Positions 17,340 to 34,910 of a stretch of DNA of 64,000 nt are shown in pieces. Below the pieces are notes generated by a model. The model searched no databases and had not been told where the DNA came from. It saw nothing but the letters and a program-made list of their open reading frames with translations. The position numbers and the translations under genes are program-made. Origin of the DNA: the human T2T-CHM13v2.0 reference genome, Homo sapiens; assembly GCF_009914755.1 (NCBI RefSeq), contig NC_060925.1, one strand, 5' to 3'. Positions within the stretch are counted from its first letter, which is position 1; every line of letters starts with the position of its first letter.

Positions 17340-18123
17340 GGCCGGGTGCGGTGGCTCATGCTTATAATCACAGCACTTTGGCAGGCCAGGTGAAAGGACT
17401 GCCTGAGGCCAGGAGTTTGAGACCAGTCTGGGCAACTTGGCAAGGCCCCATCTCTACAAGAAAATTAAAATAATTACCCAGGCATGGTGGTACATGCCTG
17501 TCGTCTTAGCTACTTGGGCTGAGATGGGAACGATCACTTGAGGCCAGAAGTTTCAGGCTGTAGTGAGTTGGAATGCACCATGGTATTACAGCCTGGGTGA
17601 CAGAACAAGACCCTGTCTCCAACAACAACAAAAAAAACCAAAAAATTTAAATCTAAAAAATAAAACCACCAAAGTACCTGAGAACAAGGCTGAGATCAAA
17701 CAAGGCATACAATCTATGCTGGGGTGGAGAGCAGCTTATAGGGCAAGACAGTGTGGCATGTGATGAAGAGGGCCTGACAGTGGCAGATCTCAGAAAGCAA
17801 CAGAACAATACCTTTCCTTAAGAAAAGAGTTGCCGCGCACGGTGGCTCACGCCTGTAATCCCAGCACTTTTGGAGGCCGAGGCGGATGGATCACCTGGGG
17901 TCAGAAGTTTGAGATCAGCCTGGCCAACATGGTGAAACCCCGACTCTACTAAAAATACAAAAATTAGCCAAGCATGGTGGCAGACGCCTGTACTGCCAGC
18001 TACTCGGGAGGCTGAGGCAGAGAATCGCTTGAACCCAGGAGGCAAGAGGTTGCAGTGAGCCAAGACTGCACCACTACACTCCAGCCTGAGCAACAGAGTG
18101 AGACTCCGTCTCAAAAAAAAAAA
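17340..18123 (+). mobile_element. AluJ (17340-17640) and AluS (17832-18123)
   Basis: Two sense Alu dimers with A tails. Confidence 0.92.
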
Positions 18124-18399
18124 GGCAGGCAGGGGGGTGGTTTACATTGGCATGCTGGAGCCATGTCCCTCCAATCACAGCTGCAAAGGAAGGAGTGGAA
18201 AGTTCAGAATTAGCGGCAAAAGACCTTCTAGAAGGTCTAGACATTTTTTTAGAGAGGCAGAAGACTTGTGGCCACACAGAGAAACACACCCAGGTGTCAT
18301 ATGTGAAAAAGACTACCTCTGAGGCAGAAATCTGGAAATCTACCCTGGCCCCATACAAACCTCCTACAAATAACAGATTGAGGAAAATCCAATTCATTA

Positions 18400-20260
<1,861 letters not shown>

Positions 20261-20573
20261 ACTATTTTACCCAGCTCTTTCTGACTCCAGAACTTGAGGT
20301 CTTACTACAAACACTACAAATACTGCCCCCTGAGCTTCTGTAATAGTCTATGTGAAGGTGTGTGCATGCATGATTATATATATATTTCAAAATAAGTATC
20401 TAAAATAAATTATTCAATTATAAACTATCTTTGAAATAAGGACATCAAATTTGTAGTACCACCAAATTGCTGAGTTTAAAGCATTTAGTAATATTTACCT
20501 TTAATTACCTACCACAGGGATGGAGAAGAACAAAAATATTTCCTTTCATGATATATTTTCCATAGAAAAATCA

Positions 20574-20920
<347 letters not shown>

Positions 20921-21769
20921 TCAGTTGTCAACCTAACATCATGCAGTAACTCCTCACTCTGATGACAATCTACTTTCAAGCACCCAAAACCAGAAATTCC
21001 AGTGGAGTTTTTGTTCTCCACATGAGTAGAGAGCCTTAAGGAAGTTAGATTTTATGAAATGTCCATTATACTACAACATTTCCATTGAAGCACCAAGTTT
21101 TTAACCTCTTGAAGAAATCTATAGCTATATTACTTTCAGATGTTAAAGAGTTGCATCTTCAGAAAGAGATTCCATGCCTCAAAAGCAAAAGGGCATATGG
21201 GTAGTAAAAATTAAGAAACACTCTAGGAACATTATCTAAAGGTCAAAATTGGCTCTTCATATACAAAAATCAACTTGTGGCAACATCAATCCAGTTAATG
21301 CTTCTGGGGAAGTAACTGTGAAACCTCTTTCAATTTCAACATCTATAACAAAAGGAGAAGTGATAACAGTACCACCCTGATAAAATTATTGCGATCATTA
21401 AGTGACCGAAGCACTTTGGTCACTGCCTGGTTTATTTTTCAATAAATCTTAGCTAATATAATCACCACAAATATACATATTCCATCTCTTAAATGAATTA
21501 TAATTATTAAGAATTCAAAGGAATTCAAATTCCTTCAAAGCCTCTCCCTAAGTCCCCTATTCCCTCCCTGTCACCACCTACCACTGATGCTAGATCAGGA
21601 GCCCCTCCTTTTACCTCCCCTTGTACCCCTGTATATTTTCATTGTTGGTGCAGTCTCCCCACCAAGGCTGCTGTGAGCTCCTTAAAGTCACTGATTACGT
21701 CTTGTGCCTATCAGGTACCTCCAGGGTACCTGTTCCCACAGATAACTGAAGTTCAATAAAGGTGTGTTA

Positions 21770-22537
<768 letters not shown>

Positions 22538-23314
22538 GATCATTCAAGAACTAGACACTTACTGAGTACTCTGTGAGCATCAGGTAACAAATCAGACCCT
22601 AGGGTTATAAGGAAGATCCATCAAGTGGGCCCAGAGTAGGTAAGGATCTCACCCCTACCAGTGATAACAGATTTAAAGTTAAAGCTAGACCACTGACTCC
22701 CAGAGTTTTCCAAAATCCCAGTGCTCTTTCCACTAGAACAATGCCTCTCAAATGTTGACTGCACTTATAGTAAAAAATACATTCTGAAGCACCACTCAGT
22801 ATAAACACATGCATTTCTGATATATTCTATTGAATTCTATTTTATTTCACATTCTTAAAATGTTCATCTTCACATACTAAATTGGTTTTACGGCTCAAAG
22901 GTTACAAGACATTGCTCTCGAAATACATTTTTGAAACTTTCTGTAGAATTTCAAAGTCAGAAATAATTCCTAAAAATTACTTTTTGTCACACAATGAATA
23001 TGTATCCCTCCCCGAAAAGCAGGACACTATCAAATAATCACATAACCCAGAAAGACAGGGCAGCTGTCAGTTGGGGAGCAGGAGGTAACTAAACGTAATC
23101 TCCATCAGCTTTCCCTAAAGCCCCCCCCAAATAATGCCCCAATTTAAGGAAAACTGTTTGCTACGTAAAAACAGCTTGGCAGCAAGTCCCCTGGCATTTC
23201 AGCTCCCTTCCAGCCAGACTTTGGCCCATGACTCTCTCTCACCCTATATAAAAATAAAAATTCTGGAGTTTCTATTAACAGTAAATATTTTTAAAGTATT
23301 TCATGCACAGTCTT

Positions 23315-24128
<814 letters not shown>

Positions 24129-24507
24129 TTAGTAGCAAGCCGGGGATGAACAAACCCCAGTGTCTTCAGAGTACTTTTTAAAATGTGTAACTTAAAGTCA
24201 GAAACAGACCAGAAAATCCCTTTTCCATCTTCTGTGCCTACAGACAGTTCCCCAGCTCTGAGAATGCAAACTAAAGTATAAGAATGTTCATTTAAGTTCT
24301 TGGGCTTACTGGCCTCACCATTACTCATCCAAGAAGCATGTATGAATTTACAGGGCTCATTTTTGTGATGAGTTAAGAGATAGTTTAATAAAACTTTAAT
24401 AAATCTTCTTGTCTTTCACAAAAAAAATCTGTTTAGAACTAAGGAAAGATTTTTTAATAAAAATAAAATTTAGTTTTCCTAAGAAAAGAAAACCATGCTT
24501 ACTATAT

Positions 24508-24710
24508 CAGCTTTGTCCAGTAGTACTTGCTGTGATGATAGAAGTGTTCTGTATCTGCACTGTCCATACAGTAGCCACTAGCCACCTAGTACTGAGCACT
24601 TGAAATGTGGTTGGTGTGCCTGAGGAGCTAAATGCTAAATTTTATTTCATTTTAATTAATTTAAATTTAAACAGTGACATGCAGCCAGTGGCTACTATAT
24701 GGGGCTGTGT
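24508..24710. mobile_element. MER3-like hAT MITE
   Basis: GTAGCCACTAGCCAC...GAGCACTTGAAATGTGG...AAATTTTATTTCATTTTAATTAATTTAAATTTAAA. Confidence 0.8.
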
Positions 24711-27183
24711 AGGTTAGATAATCAACATAAGTCCTCATCAGCAGAGCTGAGTAATTCACTCATATTACACGGAATGTCATAATTTGGAAAAAGATATATA
24801 TATATATATATTCATTCTATACCAATATACCAATATTCAATTTTTAGCTTCCTAATTAGTATTTAAGGTTTCCTCATAAGTGGTTTCTCAACAAAGTTTT
24901 GGCAATTTTTATTCTAAAACATGAACATACTTAATCTGCTGAGCAGAATTCCTTTGGCAATGTTCAATTTTCCATCTGTGAAACTTGGGCATAGGGAAAA
25001 AAGAACTTCTTCACAAGCCCACCCTCCTATTGATGTAAAGGGAAGAAGTGAAATATATTATCTAAAGAAAGGCTAATATAACACCTGACATTATTTTATG
25101 GGTACACCTGTTCATCAACCTCTGCTTAGATGTGCTTCTTTAAACTCAGCTGAGGCTTTCAACCAAATTCATTCCTACATTTGTTTGACTTCTTGACTAT
25201 TTTCTTTTATGATCAGACTATGACCAGGCTCTCTGAAATCAAGTATTCTACCTATAGGAAAACCTTTTAAAATATATACATTAAAACAGTCTATATTTAA
25301 ATGAGACAAACTGATCAAATTGTCAAAATTCAGTAGCCTGAAGAAGAGCAGATGCTTCAGAGAGACTAAAATATGCAGATCATGCCAAGACCACATTCCA
25401 AGCAGGTGGCAAAAGAAATTACACAGTTCTATAGTCAGCAAGGAAGAGATACCCCAAGAAAATATGCTGAAAAATACATTGCAGCTATGCTATGGCCATA
25501 GGACAACTAACTTTGACTTCAAGCAGCACCACTGCACTCCCAATCTCAAGGTCAATGCCAAATTAATTTTACCTTCCCACCATGCTAACAATTAAATACA
25601 CTATACACACGCACAAACATTTCAGTAATTTCATTTTAAGCAGAATGAACTTCTAGAACGGGTTTCTGAAAATACTATAAGCTAATTTAAAACAAGCAAA
25701 CTTAAGTATACTATACAAGAATAAAGCCACTAGTACCATATAACATATATTTGGGAACACTCAAACTATACCAAGCCAAGCAACTCTAAGACAGCAGTGC
25801 AATTCAGGTAAGAATTCAGCACCATAGATTAGAACTTCGTTTTTTCTCTACCACTGCTATTGCTACCACCAAGTCCTAAAAAAGGGCTAGAAGCACACCT
25901 ACTATATCCAAAAAGCATTGGAATCTCAACAAGACAGATGACAAGGAAGCAACGCATACACTATCCCAGGGGCTTCAGCTCTTGCATTATTATGCCACTG
26001 CCTGAAGGAGAAATAAATAAATAAATGCCACTGCCTGAAGGAGAAAAGGCTTCATCTGGGGCAACTGAGAATACTCAGACATAGCAAGGGTCTGTCAGAC
26101 TCCATAAAAGCTGTATACTATCAGTCCTTCTCTTGCGTGTGTGGATAAAATGTGCAGGTGCAGCCTAGGCAGGAAAGAGGGAGACAGAATTTCAGATGGA
26201 GAACTGCCATACTGCTTGACCCTGGGAGTACCCCTCCTCACTCTGCCAAGCTATGAACTACAGCCTCTACTGACCACAGCATCTGCATGATCTTCAAGGA
26301 GCCTGCCTATCAGGTAGGAATTTCTGTGCTAAAAGCCTCCACATCTGACAAGTGCTAAAAACCTCTATGATTTTTTCATTATCTTAATTCTTAAGGGAAA
26401 AAAATCAAATAAATACAATAAACGATACAGAATTTTCACAGCAAGGGCATAAGTTCTCAAAGCATATAAGGTTTATCTCAGAAAATAAACACTTCTCATT
26501 TAGTTCTATAAAAGTCCACTTCTGAATAGTGTTACTCTTGCTTCCCCAAATGCAATTTAAAGGCAGAAATCACAATCTATTTAAAGACACTCAGAAGATG
26601 AATTAGCTTAACAAAGTTAATTTAATTTTTTATATTTAATACTCTCAGATTTATGAGATAAAATATAGATTCTAATAAACAAAAGAAACATACGTAAGAG
26701 AAAAGAAAGCCATTTTTGCTTGCTCAAAAGGCTAACAGTACAATATCACGTTAAATGATGAAGAAACTTATTAAACTATCTTAGCACAAATATGGTCCCA
26801 TTCTTTTTCTAAATTTCCAATGTTTATGGGCATCTTCCATGAAATAGATGAAATATCTTACATCTTCACTTTATAAGCTCTCGAGTCCTATACAACGCAC
26901 TCCTATTCCTCTACCAGAGCTTTTGCAGACCAGTTTTAATAAATGTATGTCAATCACAATAAAAACACTAAGAAATTTACCAATACATAATTATGAAATT
27001 ATACTTCTGAAAACATTGGTCTTCCTGAGATTCTGAAGAGAAACCCAATAGAACTGTTTTCTTTTTATTTTTTTCAATAGTGAAGACATGAAAGCATCCT
27101 CAACCCAAAGTGTAATATACATTTAATCATGGTTCCTGACAAATTTTTTCTTATGCATTAAAGAAAAGTGTTCTCACTCTTAC

Positions 27184-27421
27184 CTGTATATCCAGCATAC
27201 CATCCCCAGGAAGCTACCATTCCTAAAAGCCATTTATACATGATTCCTTCGATATACCAGAACCGCTTACTGTCCAGCACTCGAAGGGGCTGAAGTATAA
27301 TTACATAGCAGATGTAGGATGGAATAGCAACCAGGTTGTTGACGACCATGAAGGCAAACCTCATCAGTGCTTTCACCAAGAGCCAGCCCAGCCACGGAGC
27401 TTCTTCCAAAGTTATAGCCAT
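27184..27421 (-). CDS. LPGAT1: LPGAT1 (lysophosphatidylglycerol acyltransferase 1), first coding exon, 238 nt
   Basis: Translates to MAITLEEAPWLGWLLVKALMRFAFMVVNNLVAIPSYICYVIILQPLRVLDSKRFWYIEGIMYKWLLGMVASWGWYAGYT, recognised as the LPGAT1 N-terminus. ATG at 27421-27419; donor ACAG|GTAAGA at 27184/27183 (phase 1). I found no later coding exon in the window. Confidence 0.96.
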
Positions 27422-27448
27422 TCTCACACTGGACTCCGTCCTGTCTTT
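27422..27448 (-). other. LPGAT1: 5' UTR part of LPGAT1 exon 2 (27 nt)
   Basis: Acceptor TTTTTCTTTCACCCCAG|AAAGAC with polypyrimidine tract; exon starts at 27448. Confidence 0.9.
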
Positions 27449-28308
27449 CTGGGGTGAAAGAAAAATTCACTTAAAAAGGAAAATTCATTAAATACATCTA
27501 AACAGTCACCAACATAGAAATCGCCCCCAGCACAAAATAAAACAGCGAGGGTCGAAGCTTTCCGGGTGTAGTACCTCGGTGATCTCTCAGGGGAAATTCC
27601 AGAGGGGGACAGAGAGCGAGGGAGGAGGAGCCGCACAAGGTCAAGGGAGCTGTTCACCGAGGCACGAAGTATGTCACAATATATTTAGCAAATGATAACA
27701 CAATTCCCATTCAGTAATCGGTGGCCGTCCCCGCACCGTGTCTCACTGCGGTCGTCTATTGGACTTAGAAAAATAGATCCACTCGCTTCAGACAACCTCA
27801 GGATCTCCAAACTGAAGACACAAGTGACATGACCGAAACAGGGTCCCCTCAATAAGATTTCCCAGATACTGAGGACCTCAGTCTCCTCACCACCACGATT
27901 CCTGCACACCGATGCATTCCTTTAAAAGGTCTCTGGCTCTAGCGAAGAGTTACCCTCAAAATTCTCATTTGTAGCAATAGGGTTTTTGTTTCCCTTTTTT
28001 TTTTTAAGAAAAAAAATGGGGGGCCTAGAAAAAAAGCTTACAAGGTGAGAGGAAGAAAGTAGGGGGTTATAATGCGAAAAAGAGGAAGGACAGGAGTAGG
28101 GGGAAGGGAGCAAAAGCCAGAAAGAGGTAAAAGCCAAGGAACTGGGGATGAAGAGAATGAGATTTCCGACCAGAGGGCAAGGAAGCAGGGGATGATGAAA
28201 GGGGCAGAGAAGAGGCGACCGCAGCGCGGGGAGCCGGTGGAGCCTGCAGCGGTTTCCGCGGATGTGGAAGGGTCGTGGCGGCGGGCGCGGCCCGCGCGCC
28301 GGGCTCAC

Positions 28309-28460
28309 CTCGGCGGGCGCGGACGGCGGGCGGCTGCGGAGAGCGGGGGCGGGTGTCCCCCGCCGAGGGGTCGCGGTCATGGACGCGGTGGCGGCCCAAG
28401 CGGCCCGAGGCGCTGCGCGAGCGGGCGCGCTGGCGCCCTACTCCCCTCGCGGCTGCCTGC
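28309..28460 (-). other. LPGAT1: Candidate alternative first exon 1b of LPGAT1 (5' end approximate)
   Basis: Strong donor GCCGAG|GTGAGC at 28309/28308; ATG at 28380 is in frame with exon 2 after splicing. Confidence 0.55.
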
Positions 28461-28698
28461 GGACAGAGGGACGGCGGGGACTCAGAGGCCGGACCTGTCA
28501 CCCGGGCGGGTCCCGGGGAGGCGGGCGGATGCCCCGCGCCCCCGCCTCCTCCCCGGGGCCTACCGCGCCCTCGTCCCTCAGGCCGCTGCCGCCTCCCCGG
28601 GCCACGCGACGACGACACCCCCTTCCCCGCCCCCAGCGCCTCCCCTGGCCCGGCTCCGCTGCCGCTCTGGGGCCTGCGACCGCGGAGCCGGAGGTTAC

Positions 28699-28900
28699 CT
28701 CGGGCTGGCCGGGCCCCAGCCGGGGCTTTGGGAGTCAGAGGAGCCGGAAGAATGCATGGCCGGCGGCGGGGCCGGCGGAAGAAGGCGGTGGCGGGGCCCT
28801 GCCCCGCTCCGGCTGTGGCGCGGCCCGCGCCCGTTCCCCGGCGGCGCCGAGACTCGGTCCCCAAGGGCCCGGCCGCGTTCGCCCGGACTGGCGGGGAGGG
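28699..28900 (-). other. LPGAT1: Candidate non-coding exon 1a of LPGAT1 (5' end approximate)
   Basis: Donor CCCGAG|GTAACC at 28699/28698 inside the CpG island; the TSS is inferred, not seen. Confidence 0.7.
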
Positions 28901-30626
28901 GCGGCGGGAGGAAGCGGCGGGAGTCGGGACTGCGGCGGAGCCGCTCCCACAGCGCCCTCTAATGAAAGCGCCGCCGCCGCTGCCTGGCCCGCTTGCCCCG
29001 CCTGGCCCGCTCCCCCTACCCCTGCGCCAGCGAGTCGGGGCCCTCGGGGCTACCTGGACGCTCGGCCAGGACCTCAGTGAGTCCAGAACATACTGAGGGA
29101 AAGGGCCGCTCGGAAAGATCTAGGAATGAACACCCATCCTCACACCCCAGGAGTGCCTTGGTTTCAGTTGAGAGCCCCCTTTCAGCCAACACGGCCGCCT
29201 TTCATTGTTAGGGCTCTCTTCTCTGCCCAAACTAGGAACCTGTCTCCTTGACGGCTAAATGTCCACTTTTCATTCTTAATGAAACCCGGTTGCACTCATG
29301 GCTTTTCTTCTTAACCTCTGCAGTGTATTATTGTCTAGAGTTTCAAATTCATTCTTTTTACGGTCAAAAGTCTTGTTTCAGGAAAGCAGCTGGAACATTA
29401 ATGGCAATTCCACTTTCCCATTCATCGCCCCCGCCCCCACCACCCCACCAAGAAACTCAGTGGGAATGAATGGTCTACACAGAGAAACTGAAATCTGGTT
29501 AGTCAAGAAGGAAAAAACAACCAAGTGCCTGGCATTAAGTAAGTACTCACCCGCCCGCCCTCCCCCGCCCGCCATAAAAAGAAAAACCGAAAAGACAAAA
29601 AACAGTGGCCATGGGAACTCCTAGACAGACCCCGTCACTTGGGATACTATAGCTGCATTCTGGTTCAAAGGCTGGACCACCTGAAGGAAAATAGAGAAAT
29701 AGTCCATTGACCTACCCCCTTGAGCATTCTTAAATGATCTGCCTAAATTTTAGTTTTTAAAAATCCTGTTTATAAAACCTTATGTCCCTTAAGCACATTT
29801 GTAAATGGAGGGGATGGGGCAGGGCAGATTTCACACTCCCTAGGGAACTGCCATATTTGAATCAGAATGCCACCTATTCTGCCTATTTTGAAAATGTTCA
29901 TCACAGCGTTTGCTCTGGACTCTCAACTTTCTCTAATTTCAGTTCCTCTTAGGTCCACAGGTGAAGGAAAGATATGCCCCATTCTATTCCTTGCATTCTC
30001 TCTTTATTGACAAGGTAGTAAGATCTTTAAATAAATCTCATGAGAGAGATAATATATATACTTTATTATTCAAAATATGTCATTATATTCTTCAGTAAGA
30101 TAGGTGAGGTACATATTTATTTCCACAATCAAGAATAAACTCTAAGGATTCCATCTGGTCCATGCAATTCAGCTTTCCCACATGCTGCGTAAACGTTGGC
30201 TGACACCTGGAGAGAGATAACCTACAATGGGATTTACACGTGATTCCTGGATCAGGGACCATCTGCCAGAGGACCAGACACAGCAGCACTTGATGAAATG
30301 CAATTAGTACCAGGCCCAGAATTCATTTTCAGGCTCAGAAAAGAGCCAGAGGTTGGGCAGGACCTCTGGCTCTTTAGTGTACAAAAACAACACTTGAAGT
30401 GTCTACCAAAGAGACAGATTCTTCAGCATCATACCAGAACATTTTAATAATCTAGGTCCAGTGGACCTGAGAACCTGCTTTTTAAAAAGCGTCATAGGTG
30501 ATTCTGATGCAAGTAGTATGCAGACCTTGCTTTAAGAAACCCTGACTTAGAGGTATTCTGAGATGATCACATTCTCTTCTAGACCCTTCATAATTTTAAA
30601 TCATTTGATCATATGTGTTCTCATGT

Positions 30627-30790
30627 GTGTTAGTCAGCTAGAGCTGCCATAACAAAATACTGCAAACTGGGTGGCTTAAACAACAGAAACTTATTTTCTC
30701 GAAGTTCTGAAGGCCAAGATCAGAGATCAAAGTGTGGGGAGGTCTGGTTTCTTCTGAGGCCTGTCCCCTCGGCTTGCTGATCACCATCTC
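30627..30790 (-). mobile_element. MLT1 LTR fragment
   Basis: GCTGCCATAACAAAATAC...CTGGGTGGCTTAAACAACAGAAA. Confidence 0.8.
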
Positions 30791-32063
30791 TCATTGCAGA
30801 ATTCTGCCATTTCAGTACCTCCTTATGGAAGGAGTAGGGAATACCTAATCTCCTTGATCTTTTCAGATATCCTCATATTAACTGCTTCCAACCTCATTGG
30901 ACTTTTCTTGAAACTCAACCAACAGTACAACACATTATGTTCCAGGTATAGATATGCCCTGGTTTTGTGCCAAGAGTGTAGGAGAGGGGTTATCTTCTTA
31001 ACTTTCTGACCACAATATCAGTTTCAAGATAATTCAGCTGCTATAATAGATAAGAAACTGTTAGGGCTGACTTCTTAAGGGAACAATTTCAGATGATGCT
31101 TGTGTTTATTTCTTGCATTTTGAAGTTCGTTTTAGTTAGTTTTACCTTCCTCTTGCCTATACTACAATTTTTTTGCCCTGCCTCCTTTCAACCACTTAGG
31201 AAGCCTCCTGAGATTGTTCCATAGCCTATTTTATTGCACCATGGACAGAGAGATGTATGAATGCTCTGAATGACTGTAACAGGAAGATTGGAACAGCCAG
31301 TTCTCCAGGGTAGACTGTTCTGTGGAAAACAAGGATCTTCTTCAATGACTAGTTAGCTTCTAGTCCCCTATCCTGCTACCTTAGAGCCATCTTTATCAAA
31401 ACACAAACATGAAGCCAACAATTTCAACACCTTCATGTACACTCCAATAGAGAAAAGAGGGAAATGAACAGACCCCACCCTATAGCCACAGACATTATTG
31501 TTTCTGTTTCAAAAGCCCACATTTGAACCACAAGAGAATGGTCCTTTGAAAAAGAAAGAGGATTTCTTACATTTCTTGGAATCGCCAGTCATTTGAAAGC
31601 AATATAACCACAATACCTTAGAAGGTTGAATTCCACCCATCTAGTCCACATACACACAACAAATTAGGTTATAACCAGGGAGAGGTTCCCTTGGGCAGAA
31701 GAGTACCCCCTGGGCCCTCTCTTTTTCCTAGTGGCAATTATAAAAACATTTTACCTACCTGTGTTGGTTTCTGCACTAAAGCTCCAGTGAACTATTTCCT
31801 GTCTAGGGAGAAACCCTACCAGCAATAACCTTCAATGACTTGGCACAGGCCCCCTACATTGCTAGGAAACAGTTGCAGGCTTGAAATCAGCAGCCCAAAA
31901 GAGTCATGCATTCTGACTGTTGTCAGCTTTAACTTCAAACAAAAAATGGAAATATATATGGATGTTCTCTTCTATATTCATGTCAATAATTATTTTATAT
32001 AAAATGCTCCAGGGCTTATAACCTTAAAATTTTTCAGATAGGGTGAGCCAAATCATCCACACT

Positions 32064-32433
<370 letters not shown>

Positions 32434-32909
32434 CTATAAAGTAAACAATTGTGTCTCCTCCATGTTCCTCTCCTGTTCGGCTAGCTTCTCTTTTCCCTTC
32501 TTAAGGCTAAAATTATCCCTAGTTTCCAAAGGGCCCTGAAGACTCCACATGAGGCCTCCCCCTGCTCCCCAAACAGATAATACTCTAAGCTAGAACCTTC
32601 TTTCTCACCTGTCCAATGTTATGTTTCCTTGGCTCAATCCTTATCTCCCCTTCCTGGTGTGGTCAGCTAATCCATGACAAGGGGCTTATGGCTAAAAAAT
32701 GGAAGAGAGAACTCTCTTCCTAAAGCATTAGTATTTTATACAGAAACTAAAACCCCCAAAGCCTTAATGTATTTCTGCTGGCAGATTATCAGGTATTGTA
32801 ATGGATGAGTATATTTGTAAGATGTTTTGGAGAAGGATATTTTGGCAAGTTCTTCTACTCACAGAACCTATAAAATCACATAGTACACCTATGAATAAGA
32901 CATAGTTCA

Positions 32910-33205
32910 CTCACTCATAGGTGGGAATTGAACAATGAGAACACATGGACACAAGAAGGGGAACATCACACACTGGGGACTGTTGTGGGGTAGGGGGAGC
33001 GGGGAGGGATAGCATTAGGAGATATACCTAATGCTAAATGATGAGTTAATGGGTGCAGCACAGCAACATGGCATATGTATACATATGTAACAAACCTGCA
33101 CGTTGTGCACATGTACCCTAAAACTTAAAGTATTAAAAAAAAAAAAAGAATCCTAACATTTAGAATAGAATTTTAAAATGCCAAAAAAAAGCAAATTCAA
33201 AAAAA
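32910..33205 (+). mobile_element. 5'-truncated L1PA 3' end with a 3' transduction
   Basis: CTCACTCATAGGTGGGAATTGAACAATGAG...GTACCCTAAAACTTAAAGTAT then A13; TSD AAGACATAGTTCA at 32897-32909 and 33206-33218. Confidence 0.93.
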
Positions 33206-33364
33206 AAGACATAGTTCAGATTTAAACTTGCATTTTCATAACATAAGATTCAAAATATTACGTTAAAATAATAATAATCACTGGCACTTATTGATCACTT
33301 TCAACAATCCAGGCCATGTTCTTGGTGCTTTACATACATTAATTCATTTAATCTTCACGATGAC

Positions 33365-34670
<1,306 letters not shown>

Positions 34671-34802
34671 GAAATAAAGAAGGAAAGAAGGAAGGAAAGG
34701 AACACAGAGTAATTCCACTTATGAACGGGGAAAATAAGTTGTGGAGAACTTATGCAGCTTGTTCATCATAGAGTAGACCAGAAATCAAGTTGGCATGGTA
34801 TC

Positions 34803-34910
34803 GAGGTGACCAGCTCATCCTGGCTTACCCAGGACTTTACCCATAGTTTTACTATTGAAAGTCCCACATCCCAGGAAATTCCTCAGTCCTGGCAAATGGT
34901 TGGTGGCCCT
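34803..34910. mobile_element. hAT-Blackjack MITE (MER81/MER94-like)
   Basis: GAGGTGACCAGCTCATCCTGG...TGGTTGGTGGCCCT; a similar copy lies at ~38970-39070. Confidence 0.65.

Larger units (their letters stand above)
28210..29070. promoter_or_regulatory. CpG island / GC-box promoter of LPGAT1
   Basis: Very high GC and CpG density against AT-rich flanks; multiple GGGCGG / CCGCCC boxes; no obvious TATA box. Confidence 0.93.

Noticed and set aside
28067-29096. Long overlapping ORFs (265-296 aa) on both strands
   Set aside because: Stop-poor GC-rich CpG island; the Arg/Gly/Pro/Ala low-complexity translations resemble no known family.
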